Shown piece after piece: positions 1-23,733 of a DNA stretch of 64,000 nt. The stretch is from assembly GCA_030141605.1 (NCBI GenBank), contig JAQGDQ010000045.1:434001-498000 (forward strand), in the 5' to 3' direction. The first letter of the stretch is position 1; each line of letters begins with the position of its first letter. Source of the stretch: Tubiluchus corallicola. Lineage: Eukaryota > Animalia > Priapulida. The position numbers and the translations under genes were made by a program. The notes under the pieces are model-generated. The model had not been told where the DNA came from, searched no databases, and saw nothing but the letters and a program-made list of their open reading frames with translations.

Positions 1-632
1 ATTTAGGAAGATGATAATTTAATTAACAAAATTATGAAAAAGGCAAAAATTCGGAAGATGCGCAACTTCATAATTTACGTAAAAATCAAAACGTCATAGG
101 TTCAGAACCAGATAGATGCTAACAGCTGTGCCCTAAAATCATATGTTGCAAAAGGAAAAACAATTGCAAAACCCATTTTCCTCATTTCCTTCCTTTCATC
201 TACAAAGCTGAATTTTGCACTTTTTGAGACATAAAGCTTCACAACTGCTTTATACTGCTTATGCTTTCAACGTTAAAAGGAAACAACCCCATAAGAATGC
301 ATAAACAGTACAATGTTTTAGTACTGCATTGATGTTTTGTTTGTAGTGAATTACAGTTGAAGTATAAAGCTAGTCTCGAGATGAAAGGATTATTTGTTTT
401 AAGTCTAGGATTTTATTTTTGAGATAAAACTAATTTAAGAATTTACTAATATTGCCAGGATCTTCTTAATTATTCTTAATCACGCATAAACCTTTAATAC
501 GTCCTACAACGCTATTACTAAATTCCAAATCTAAAATACCTAGAGTAGTTACAATGCTTTACTTAAATCTTTTACCTGATTCAGTACAGTGCAGATTATA
601 ACTATTGCTTATTAACACACATTTTGTTACAG

Positions 633-12225
<11,593 letters not shown>

Positions 12226-14356
12226 CAGTATTGATGTGTAAAATTATTTTTTGTTTTTTATAGTTAAAATTGCTGTTTCTTCTGCTATAATCCTAGATGG
12301 TGCCATGTCATTACCTACATTACAGCTTTTTATGTTACGTGCACGGATATCATGTATTTAATATCAGATGCACCATCTGTTGCTGCAAAGTAAAAGTACA
12401 CTTGTCCCGTTTCAATTCTATCAACAATGTATTGTCAACTAACTTTTTGACAGGAAAGCATTCACATTTACACAATAGGTCAATTGTGATCATATAAAGT
12501 GGCAGCTATCATTAATATTATGTCTTTGACAAACAAATGCACATGATTTTTAAAAAAAATTATATAAACACTATGTTGAGCAGTAGATAATTTGATAGTC
12601 AGATGTCTTGACGATTTTATTTTGGGTATGTATAACAAAAATGAGGATTTCATTTTTTTGGGCATCAAACTGAAGAAATGCAGGCCCGTTGAAAAGAATG
12701 TTATATATAATTAGGTATTTTTATTGACACTATGAAAGTATCCTGTAATGCTGAGGGACGATATGTATTGTATAGACCTGTATCTATGCATCTGTCACCT
12801 GAATGTTTTTGATTAAGGTTCCTCTACTGATTCGTCTCGGGAACTTATTTTGTTTAGGTTACAGTTCTGCCACAACTATCTAATGTTGGTGAACCATGCC
12901 ACTGAGTGTTAGAATCTAGCTTACAAAATGCCGTACTGTTTAGAAAACAAAACATTCTGCCTCAGCTAAATAATTAAAATTTGAAAATTCTATGCATACG
13001 CATAAATTATATAAATACACAAGTTGCTAATAGATTTGTTTGTTTGCTGTTTTGGTTAAAAGGATTTTGAATATTCAATGAATTATAAGGACTAATCAAT
13101 TTGACTATAAAACTGTCTTGTTTCTGATCCTATTAGCTGTATTATTTCTTAACTTTTATAAGGCATCATTTAAAATATGATATATTAACATTCACATTTC
13201 CAGATATTCTAGGCAGTAGTCATTTTAATAGCAACAATGTCTGCTGCACTATATACTTCATTAATATTTGTACTCATTATTTGTATTTGGAAATGTAGAT
13301 GGCTTATTACATTCTTAGCAAGAGTATTTGCAAAATTTAGCCGTTTAGCTTGTGCACTTGGAAATGAAAAAAAGATCATGTTATTTAGTATGTTAATATT
13401 TACTAGTATTCTCTAATTTCCCTTGATGCCATCATACGTTTACCGGTGAGTAACGAATATGGATTGCAAATAGACCATACCAGTTAGTCGAATGAGAAAA
13501 CCGGATCAGCATGACAACTTTATTACCGCTCTTGCAATTAAACACAAAAAGCTAGAGCATCATATTTATATGATAGTAGATCATGACACGAACCAGTGCA
13601 GGAAATCTTGACACTAAAAGCCCGAAATTCTTTATGAAAAATTTATGTTGCTTCACTAAATTAGGTTTTTTTTAATTACATTTATACATAATCATTTGAA
13701 TGTAAAGTGAGAAGTAAAATATGTAAATAATGCGTCTTATTACCATATTATGTAATTTACAGAAATTTTTATACGTACTAATTAATACGATTAATTATTA
13801 TTATACTTGTATATTGTAAATTATGTAAATGTCGTTTTACCTGCTTTTGTTAATAATCGATGCATTCCCCCGTTGTCTTTCCGTATACAACGCAAGTATT
13901 AATTATTATTGTGTATATATTGTTCTTTGTGCAAACGCATGCATTTGATAAAATTACAATATTATTTCCACATTAAATGTCTTAATTAAAAGTTTATGTA
14001 ACATGTTGTATATATGCCTATTATAAGACGTATATGTTTATTAATTATTATAGGCTCAGGCAGTTTGCTATTTGAAGCTGCACGATTAAGAGGACTCAAA
14101 GCTTCTATTGTTGTCTTTATGGACATACCAGATTGAATGTTTACTTTTTTGCATATCCCTACTCCCTACTACCTACTGGACAGTATCAATTTTCTCGTGT
14201 CTCTGAGTTCAAGAGTATAACAGTAAATGTGGCAATATTTATGGTTAGATGGTTAAATGGAGTTGATCATAGCGAAAATTACAAAAACAGTAACCAGTCA
14301 CTAACTAATTAGTTGAGTAGTCATACCAAATCATTTAAAATTTGCTCTTATTTCAC

Positions 14357-14463
14357 TCATTACAAGTTTGAAATTAAAATTATGAAATTTCTGAGTATCA
14401 GAATTTATAGTCATTACAAGTTTGAGATTAAAATTATGAAATTTCTGAGTATCAGAATTTATA
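14357..14463. repeat. 54-bp tandem duplication (2 copies)
   Basis: tcattacaagtttga(a/g)attaaaattatgaaatttctgagtatcagaatttata starts at 14357 and at 14411. Confidence 0.93.
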
Positions 14464-14536
14464 CACACATTAAAAAAGTAGAAAATATCGATTGAGCGAG
14501 TGGTTTGTACGCACGAAAGAGGGAAAGAGAAAGGGG

Positions 14537-14818
<282 letters not shown>

Positions 14819-15894
14819 AAGACTTACTAATTATCACAGCATTTTCGATGCATTTTTCTGCTCAGTAGAGCGATGAGGGAATTAGCCATTTCAACTATAT
14901 ATAATTTTATATGTAATTAGAATTATTATAATATAAACGCAGTATATAATATTGTTGATTTGTTGTATTTACTACTATATATATATATATATATGTGAGT
15001 TAATTATAACTGATATACAAAATTATGTAAATTCGTTTTGTACGCAGCATTAGAATAATTACAACTAATTGTATTTCACGGGTTGGTTACCGCTATTGTA
15101 AATAACGTGCCTCTAAATTTAGCTTATTACTTTAACTCTGTTAAATGGAATTTAATAAATTTGTTATGAAATACAATATATGCTTTCTAATTCTTGCAAA
15201 TGAGATGCGATATACATTCAGTTTATGAAGTGATTAAATTATAGAATTCAATTCAATTCAACGTAATCAATTCAATTCGTAGATTACAAACGACAATATT
15301 AGTCGTGGTTAATTTTTTGCTGCAACGGAGCAAAACCCTTGGAAAAAATTTCTATGTTTTCAGTCTAGACTGCTCTTTCGGCAGAGTTATATTGTATCTT
15401 CAGAATGTATACTACATACGGCATATATGTTGGAGAAACGAAATGGAGTTTTCACAAATGTGTTGACACGGCAACTAATTAGGAATTTACAGAAAGATAT
15501 ACTGCGTTAGTTTTGCACCGTCACAGCAAAAATATATAAAAATATTAAAGTCGCAATATAAAAGTCATTAACCTACATTTTTTGCCGTTTTTGCCAGTAA
15601 CTGTTTGTATAGATGCAGATAGATCGGCTTAGAACATGTGTTTTCTTTCTTTTGTAATCTTTTGACGAATGACGAATTTGACGAATGTCAACTCACTAAC
15701 TAACAGAGTTATTAGGCCTATATTCTGACATAATGTAATGTTGTCCAATTTAATGCAAAGGTCGCACAAATGGTGTCATTATTTGTATATAAGTACTAAA
15801 CAGGAAAAAAGTTAATGAGGTAAAACTAAAAACTTGTGTTTGGTTATATAGGGCTCTCAATTGAAGATACAACATAGCATGCAGTGTGAAAAGG

Positions 15895-15987
15895 GTTTAA
15901 TGTCGCATTAGCATAATTAACATAATATCGAACATTACTAGTTTAATGTTGTATTAGCATAATTGACATGATATCGAACATTACTAG
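15895..15987. repeat. 46-bp tandem duplication (2 imperfect copies)
   Basis: gtttaatgt.g.attagcataatt.acat.atatcgaacattacta starts at 15895 and at 15941. Confidence 0.88.
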
Positions 15988-16275
15988 GACAAGACATAAA
16001 TATGTCACTAGCACATTAGAGACGACGTTAAACAAAAAAATCAAATACAGTTTCTGAATACAATTTCTATTATATGTAAATTACCTTCATGTTAAGTCAA
16101 TTTACAAACAACATACGATCTAGGTTATGATCAAAATGAAAGATGTGTACGCTTGTGTATTAATCCTATATTATAGATAAACTGAGCACGAGTGTGAAGC
16201 AAAAACGTTCATCATGACAACAGTCGTCATGTAATTCTGGAATAATTCATCAATCTAATTTCAATTAAAGTTTGT

Positions 16276-17992
16276 TTAGTAGACGATTAATTGACAGCAT
16301 CGCACGGCAGTGTAACTGTCCCAGGGGCAGCCATTCTCCCACTTACAATCAGCATTCCGACCCGATGCGCAGGCGCCGGTCATCACCTGTAAAACAATAA
16401 ATAACTTAATTATTGAAGTTTTGTATTAGATTTTACATTTTATTTAACCAAAATCAGAAGCTTATTTTTAGCAAAAGAAAATGTAAACACAGGAGTCATG
16501 TGATATATTCAATTTTATATTTACTTGAAATTAAATCGGAAGACTGTTACATGTCTTTCTTAACTTTTTGTATATAACCGTATATTTGTACGCCCTATTT
16601 TCTTTTAATGTAGTTCTACATATAGGCCTATATGTATAGTTTATTTAAATTATATCATTATGGTTGTGTCATTGTACTAAAAGTCATATAAAATATTCTA
16701 TATCTTTAGTACATTCTGAACTACATACTTTAGTACATTAGTACTTTTCAATTATGTTTGTAATTTTGTGGCTTTTACCACTTTTTTAAAATTAATACGA
16801 TAATTTAAATGTCAAAATGAAAATCAAATAACCCTAAATCAAGCGCTAAAATCAAATAAAAAACGCTCACGTACGCTAGATTCAGTCAAGTCAATTAAAG
16901 TTCGAATTCAATCGGAAGAACCGATTTTCTGCCGAATTCACATGTATGTATTTTCAAACCAAATCTAAAATAACCACTTTTTACAGACTCAGTACAAGTT
17001 CTTTGCCCATTATTCAAATATTTGTCTGAGGATACGATTATTAGGCTGGTTTGTATTTTTCTTTTGAAAAAGCCAATCATATGTGCAGTGCAATGACAAT
17101 TAACTTTACTATTACTAGTATTGAAGTTTTTCATTCATTTCACTTCCATGTACTAAACTTATTTCTGCGATGTCATACTACTTAAGTCTTAATTTTTCTG
17201 AGTATACCGCAACACAGTAAACAGTTTCAATTTAGGGCACATTTGTTTTATTGCGTTTACTACATTGACCCTTAAATCTACTAATAAAAGAGTTTATATG
17301 TTGTTAATCTTGCACATACTTCGTCTTTTAATAGATCACATCCGTTAAACTCTCCATAACCAGCGCACTTCCAGTGGCAATTTGCCATGGTTATTTGTCT
17401 TGTGCTTGGAATCTGTGACGAGTAACATGCAAAAATAAAAATTTTATTTAAAATTTTAAGTCAACACACGGGCCTCCCGTATTATAATTAAGAACTAGTG
17501 GGCCTACTATATGATTAAACAAAATATTTTTGCTTGTTCATACCAGCAACTTACTACGCACCACTAAAAGAATAAGCCTTACTGTGCTAAGTTCTTTGCT
17601 TAAAGGAACAAGTACTTAAATATAGTTTTGCAATGTCCAATGATAGTTGTTCCATAAGCGCATCTCCATCTGGATAATTATAAATATTAAAAAAACACTA
17701 GTTAAGTATTCGATTTGTTCATTGAACTGGTTAATAACACGGGCTGATTGTAGGAATAATAGTTTAAAAAAATCACATAATCACCTAGAAACATTTACCA
17801 CGTTTATGCTCTTTATAAATTGGCAAGTGTTAATAAATCTATTCACAATTAATTATACTGATATAATGGATGCGACGATGTTATTACAGCGATATAACAG
17901 ATTTGGTATGAATGAACTAGTAAAAACAGACTCACTGATGCTGAAACTGCGTAGACGCAAACAAGCAATGCAATGACTGGAAGAGCCTTCAT
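16276..17992 (-). CDS. Small secreted 8-cysteine protein, paralogue A (86 aa)
   Basis: Three phase-0 exons with canonical sites: 17992-17936, 17412-17320, 16386-16276. Product MKALPVIALLVCVYAVSAS-IPSTRQITMANCHWKCAGYGEFNGCDLLKDE-VMTGACASGRNADCKWENGCPWDSYTAVRCCQLIVY*. Signal peptide; the Cys skeleton aligns with the 20380-21865 gene; TATAAA on the minus strand near 18168. Confidence 0.88.
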
Positions 17993-18711
17993 TTTGGCTT
18001 TTGTCCACCTGCTCGAAATGATTACAATGTTGTTAAATGAGTATATTATTATAAACAAAAATTAGACCTCCAAGTTCTCAAAGCACTGTCACTTTACTTG
18101 ATTGTAGCTTAGATGATAAGAAATAGTGAAAGTCTAAACAACGTAAAAAACGTTAAATATATCTTTATACAACGAATTGTTTTGAAATTGTTCTTACCGC
18201 ACTTAGCAAGTTAGCTGTTTCAGTACCGTTTGGAAATAAAATTAGATACGGGATAGACTAGTGAGGTTCAGCACCGAACAGATGTAACATTCTCACCCTT
18301 GTTTATTTAGCTAGATGTAGACTACACCTTAAGTATCACGTTATGCTAACATTATCTTTTACACCAATTATATGGTACGAAAAGAGTAAAAGCGAATTCA
18401 AAAGCAATTCAAAGATACAAGAATTTGTTACTGAAGAAAGAAGTGCTTGTCAATAGTTGAAGATGTTTCGGGGCTTAAGTGGATCATCCACTTGATGCTC
18501 ATCTGCCATTATTTTATATCGTTGTTCCGCTACAGTACCGGAATATATCAATACCTCAATCAACCAGAAATAAATGCCCTTGCGTAATGTGACACAGTAT
18601 TTGAATATAGCCCCAGTATGCTCTGTGCTGATGAGGCAATAAGACTAAACGCTTATTCACACCTATTTATATAACTAATCGTGCGAGTAAAGCCTAGTTT
18701 GATATATCACT

Positions 18712-18858
18712 GAAATCGTAAGATATGCACAATAAACTACTAAACTAATCGGTTTATATATAACCAATCATTGACTCAATTAATTAGCCATTAGATTAAT
18801 AACTGGTTATACACAAACCGATGGGTTTATTAATTTACTCTGCATATCTTATGTTTTC
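18712..18858. repeat. Imperfect inverted repeat (foldback): 55-bp arms, 37-bp spacer
   Basis: 18712-18766 matches the reverse complement of 18804-18858 at about 45 of 55 positions. Confidence 0.8.
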
Positions 18859-19629
18859 ACGAACCAAATCAACATTTTCACTCTGTTGACACATCTTTTT
18901 TAGTATTTAATTGTCTTTATTAAAGCTGGATAAGTATGTCATGAATTAGAACATAATAACGTAGGTATACATTTTATGTACAGGAGATTAAAGGCGTGCT
19001 TTTCTTGCAAATGAAGGCACATGATGGTATTCAGCAGCTGTGTTTGTCCACACGGTCAAGTGATAGTATCTTAAAGTTTTCGTGTGTTTAATAAAAGTGC
19101 GTCACAGTGTTGTAAGGTAGCGAACGGACGCAAAAGACGCGTTTTTTGCACAATAGGTAGGCAATTAATTAAACAGGTGAGTTAGAAAATAATTTCTTGT
19201 TTTTGTGCTTTAGTAGTCTCGTTAGCATATGTAAAAACAATTTTTTGACTGGCTGAGCTAAAAAGCTTAGTTGTAATGAAACGAAACTACACTTTGCGTT
19301 AAAATGAGTGCCGCGACTAAAATTATGTTAAAATGTTACGTTATACAATTAAGGATTCAACTGAGAAATGTCTCGATTATATCGTAGTATGGGTACAATC
19401 CTCTTTGCGGCGGCGTATTTATAGTTCAACTAAACTAACCTACCATTTATTAACAACAAACTTCTTACTTTTGTAAATTGTAAACGAAATAAAAATGAAC
19501 TGTAATATCCTAGATCTATTTGCACTATATGTTTGCTGTTAAATGAAATTACTGTTTTATATATATATATGTAAAAGTGCGCATATTTATATATAAATAT
19601 AAATATAGAAATTTATAGACTTTTATAAA

Positions 19630-20135
19630 AGTTTATTATTAGCACATACATTAATTTACAATGACATACGTACAGCAAAAAACAACAAAATGCAAAAATA
19701 CAAAACAGAGTTATTACATTATAGCTATAGCAGCCAAAAACACATTACAAATAACAAATATATATAAATTTAGTATATCATGAAAAATAATAAATAATAT
19801 TATCAGTATTTACATGTTAGTACTATTTATTGCTTTTTAAAACACTTCAAAATGTAATGGGCGGCTATTTTAGTTAAATCGCAATCGCTACCCCATTGCG
19901 AATTTTAGCTTTTCGCTATCGTTCATGTTAATGAAATTGTTATTGATGTATATCAGAATAGAAAGTTTGCCTTAACCAGCTGTAGAAGGAGGAATAAAGC
20001 AAAAAATGAATTTCGTCTTCTACCTGTTTGCTGTCACAATGCCGACAGACTCTCATATTCACAGGGACTTTAGGTTGTTGGTGTCGTCCTTTTTCTATAT
20101 GAAAGTTATGCGCACTTAGTCGGAGCTTCATGAAA
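19630..20135 (-). mobile_element. 5'-truncated non-LTR retrotransposon (CR1/L2-group-like) 3' fragment
   Basis: ORF 19940-20131 reads KLRLSAHNFHIEKGR...RVCRHCDSKQVEDEIHFLL..FY..LR, the typical post-RT C-terminal motif of LINE ORF2, followed by an AT-rich tail. It sits in the putative 5'UTR intron (19177-20378) of the next gene. Confidence 0.8.
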
Positions 20136-20379
20136 TATATGCAATACGTAATATATATGTAATAAAAGGCCTGCCACCAGAAACAGTGTAGTAGAAATAT
20201 GACAAAATGACAAAATGATCATAACATCAAAATATTAAATTTTCTATGTCATTATTCCAATTTTTCAACCGTATAAGTGGGTATGAATTTTACATTGTGA
20301 TGTTAATATGCCTGTAGAATTTGTTAGTGCGCTGCTTCTCTTGCAACACCCAGTATTATGTGAATTTTTATTTTTTAGG

Positions 20380-21865
20380 ATGATGAAGTTTAGCATCTTA
20401 TTGTTAGTTTCCCTTGTTGTAATTGCCTCAGGGGCCCCGCCTGCCCCAAAACGCTTGAGTGTTTTTGAAGTAAGTACAATAAAAATTAGAAATATGAGAT
20501 GAGCTGCCAAAAAACTAACGTTCCTCTTGTTCCCAGATATTTCTAGTCCTCTCTGTATTTACTTCTTCAGCTTTCGCTTTTCTTCCAAATAAAAAAAGCA
20601 ATTCAGCTCGCCATGACACTTACACGAATTTTTGACATCAATTTTCGTTTTTGAGTAGATTTTTTGTGTGGAGACTATTTGCAACAAGATTTTCCGTGTC
20701 TATCTTTTTTGAGATCAATCTCACGATGGCAACATCTCATTAGGACCAAGTATTCTTGTGAATAAATATTAGTTACACAATTCGCTGTTAACAAGGGCCG
20801 TTTTCACAAAGCTGCCATCAGGTTTATATTGTGCATAGCTATACTGTAAAAATGAAAAATAGTGTTATTTAATATACTTAAGTTAAATGAAAAACTTGCT
20901 AAAAAATTTACCACAAATATTATAGTTACACGGCTGTTGCCATACTTGTTAGTTCTATTAAATGTGTGACACACCCAATTTTATACAAATAATACGCAAA
21001 ATCTTGCCACCTGTTAATTAATTTCATAGACTTTAAGCGTGACGATACTGAAAAATTTCATAATTAAATTATGGGTACAAAAAAGACGCAGACAGCGTTT
21101 TCATACGAAGCAGGGAAGGTAATGCAACATACAACACATAGTACAAAGCAACTTCCCATATGAATACGCTATTCTGATTGGGAAGTGGATGGCTGTCACT
21201 GAATTTTGTTCCAACACAATGCTTTTCTTTTAATAAAAATTGGGCAAATTACCCATTTCATATTTGAGGGTTACATTGTAGTTTCATTGCAATAAGTAAT
21301 CACAAGGTCATTGACGAATAAGCCGGAAAGAGTTTACAAGAATCACACTGTGTATCAATTGGAGTTTTTTTGAAGTTTAAATAAATAATACCCGAATAGA
21401 CTGCGTGTATTATACATAAGATAGAAGGTACAAAAAGGCACACACATGGCATTTATATGTTCTGAGAGAAAAAGAGGAGAAGAGAGCTAGAGAGAGAGAG
21501 AGAGAGACTCTTCGTAAATTCGCGTTATAATAATGTGTTTATATAATATTTTATATAATATGTGTATAATTTTCTGTATAATATGACTAAACTGAAGTAA
21601 ACATTAATATAGCCTAACTTGAACAGTTTGGTGTAATTTGTGCTTTTTTGTATTGTGCTTGCAGAGGAACCGGCTTTTGGTGACCACCGAGTGTCACTGG
21701 CAATGTGAGAAATATGGCAAGTTCCACCACTGCCCAAGAAGTGATGAGGTTGTAACCGGCTTCTGTGGGGCTGGAGGCTCTGATGATTGTAACAACCAAT
21801 CCATTGAAAATTGCTCTAACGATATCTACAGCGCCATTAGATGTTGCCGAATAGTAGCCGAATAG
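20380..21865 (+). CDS. Small secreted 8-cysteine protein, paralogue B (96 aa)
   Basis: Exons 20380-20469 (donor GTAAGT) and 21665-21865 (acceptor ttgcag), phase 0. Product MMKFSILLLVSLVVIASGAPPAPKRLSVFE-RNRLLVTTECHWQCEKYGKFHHCPRSDEVVTGFCGAGGSDDCNNQSIENCSNDIYSAIRCCRIVAE*. Probable non-coding first exon ending at 19176 (cag|gtgagt). Confidence 0.88.
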
Positions 21866-23104
21866 AAGTGCCAGAATCAGTTCGTCAAAAAATAATAATA
21901 ATACAGCGTTGTGAAATTATATTAATTTAATTTTGTCTAAATTTATTATTTTAAAACAGAACTGTAAGCTGCTACACGGCCACGGTCATTGTTATCGCTC
22001 TCACACAATGTTAGTTCACTTTGAAGTTCACCCTAAGGGCCGTAATCACTTTTGCTACTAATATCAACTTTAGACCTGTAATTATCACGTGGTCTTCATA
22101 ATAGGGCGTGCAATTGTTACTCGAGTTTGGTGTCATACTTCAGACAAACAGTTTAACAACATTTGAACTTTAAGATGAATTAGACCGTGCCTAACATATT
22201 TTGTAGATTTTAACCGCATTTTGCACGCTAATGCAAGCACAGGTATTGCAGAAAATGATCATTTAACCCACATTCGCATCGGTAGAAGTTTACTGCTTGT
22301 CATTGGGTACAATTAAGTTATAAATGAAAGTTGAAATGTTGCACCATACTTGCTGACGGCGACAACCACATGGCTAATAACAGTATAGCTTAAATTTACC
22401 GAAAAACCTAGATTGTAATCTCACTTTTGTAATAGACATGGAGAAAAAACGTCCAGCTTAGTAAAATAATATTCAATACAGAAATGAAAAGAGATTAATG
22501 AATTTTCATTGTAATAAAAGTAATAATGTCTGCATGCATTTATTACGGTATAAATTACAATTTGTTGTTTGATAACTAGACATTTAATTACATTTAGACA
22601 CGCACACACACACACATTCATTTACACACTCTTTAACCTCTAAAGCAAATTTCTTATTCACACAATAAATAAAAAGCTTAAAGCTAAAGGCTCGTTCAAA
22701 CAGTTGCTATCAATAAAATGAGTCAAACCAAAGCTAATAAATGCAAGTATTCGAAAATAATGCTTTTCGCTTTATTTGTCTTAACATTAAAACTGGCTTG
22801 GCATCATCATGTTATTGCTTCCACAAAGAAGCTAACTAAAAATAATTATGCCATTTGAAGTTACTCCTTAATTATTTCGCGTCCTACAATTAGTATTTTA
22901 ACTGACTGCAAAGCAATGAACTGTAACTGATTTTTAATTATCACATTTTAGCTAAGACTTCTCTTCCATTTTAATAAAATTAGTAAATAAATTAAGCTGT
23001 AATTATTATAATCTTAATGTCAAGAATATTGTTAATGATGTAACAAATCTACCATTAATTAACTTTCGATAACTAACTTGAAAAAAAGAAATGTGAAAAA
23101 GTTA

Positions 23105-23606
23105 AAATGCAGCTAGAACTTGAACCAGGGACCTTCTGCTTGCTTTGCAAATGTTTAGATCGCCATTCCAGTTCAAAGTCCATCTCTTATAGCTGGACAA
23201 CCAAATCCTGGATTTCCAATGTTAGATTAGTCCCACTAGAGTGATACTAACTAATTTTAATTTTGATTTTGATTAATTTTGAACCTGAAATACCTTGGAT
23301 AATTAATTAATTAATCAACCAACCAGAGTATGAAGTAATCAACCAGTCAATCAATAAATAATTTATCATTCACTATATTTCAGGCTCAAAATTAATCAAA
23401 ATAAAAATTTATCTAATTAGTTACAATCACTAATTAATTAAGAGCAAACTAACATTGGAAATGCCGAATATAATTGGTCAAGTATAACAACCAAGTATAG
23501 CGGGTGAACTTTGGATTGCATTGACCACTCGAAAACGAAGTTACCTATTGGTTTAAGGCGTCTACAATGTAAGCAGAAAGTCAATGGGTCAAATTCAGGC
23601 TGCATT
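23105..23606. repeat. Inverted pair of degenerate tRNA-derived (SINE-like) sequences
   Basis: 23105-23255 resembles the reverse complement of 23412-23606 (aatgcagc..gaa.ttga.cca..gac.ttctgctt ... atttccaatgttag ... agtgat..taactaatt). Each copy has a B-box-like GG(T/G)TCAA(G/A)TTC. Confidence 0.55.
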
Positions 23607-23733
23607 CCTGCTCTTTCACTGTTCCTGTCTTTCAAGTTTGATATAAAAATTTAGATAATTGTGGGTTGGTAACATAATTTACACAAATTTATAAAGAAAA
23701 TTGCCTTATTTCAATTACTCAACAGTACCGTAT

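Noticed and set aside
17555-17669. Possible extra exons in peptide gene A (9-nt tag|TGGTGCGTA|gtaagt microexon; ccag|ATGGAG... at 17669)
   Set aside because: The longer one hits a stop in phase 0, and the microexon would add an unpaired Cys. The three-exon model is complete without them, though RNA-seq could revive the microexon.
21030-21118. Possible middle exon in peptide gene B
   Set aside because: It is 89 nt (phase 0 to 2) and would need a shifted acceptor at 21667; the basic peptide has no counterpart in paralogue A.
23545-23606. Functional tRNA gene
   Set aside because: Only degenerate A/B-box similarity and no intact cloverleaf; treated as SINE-like.
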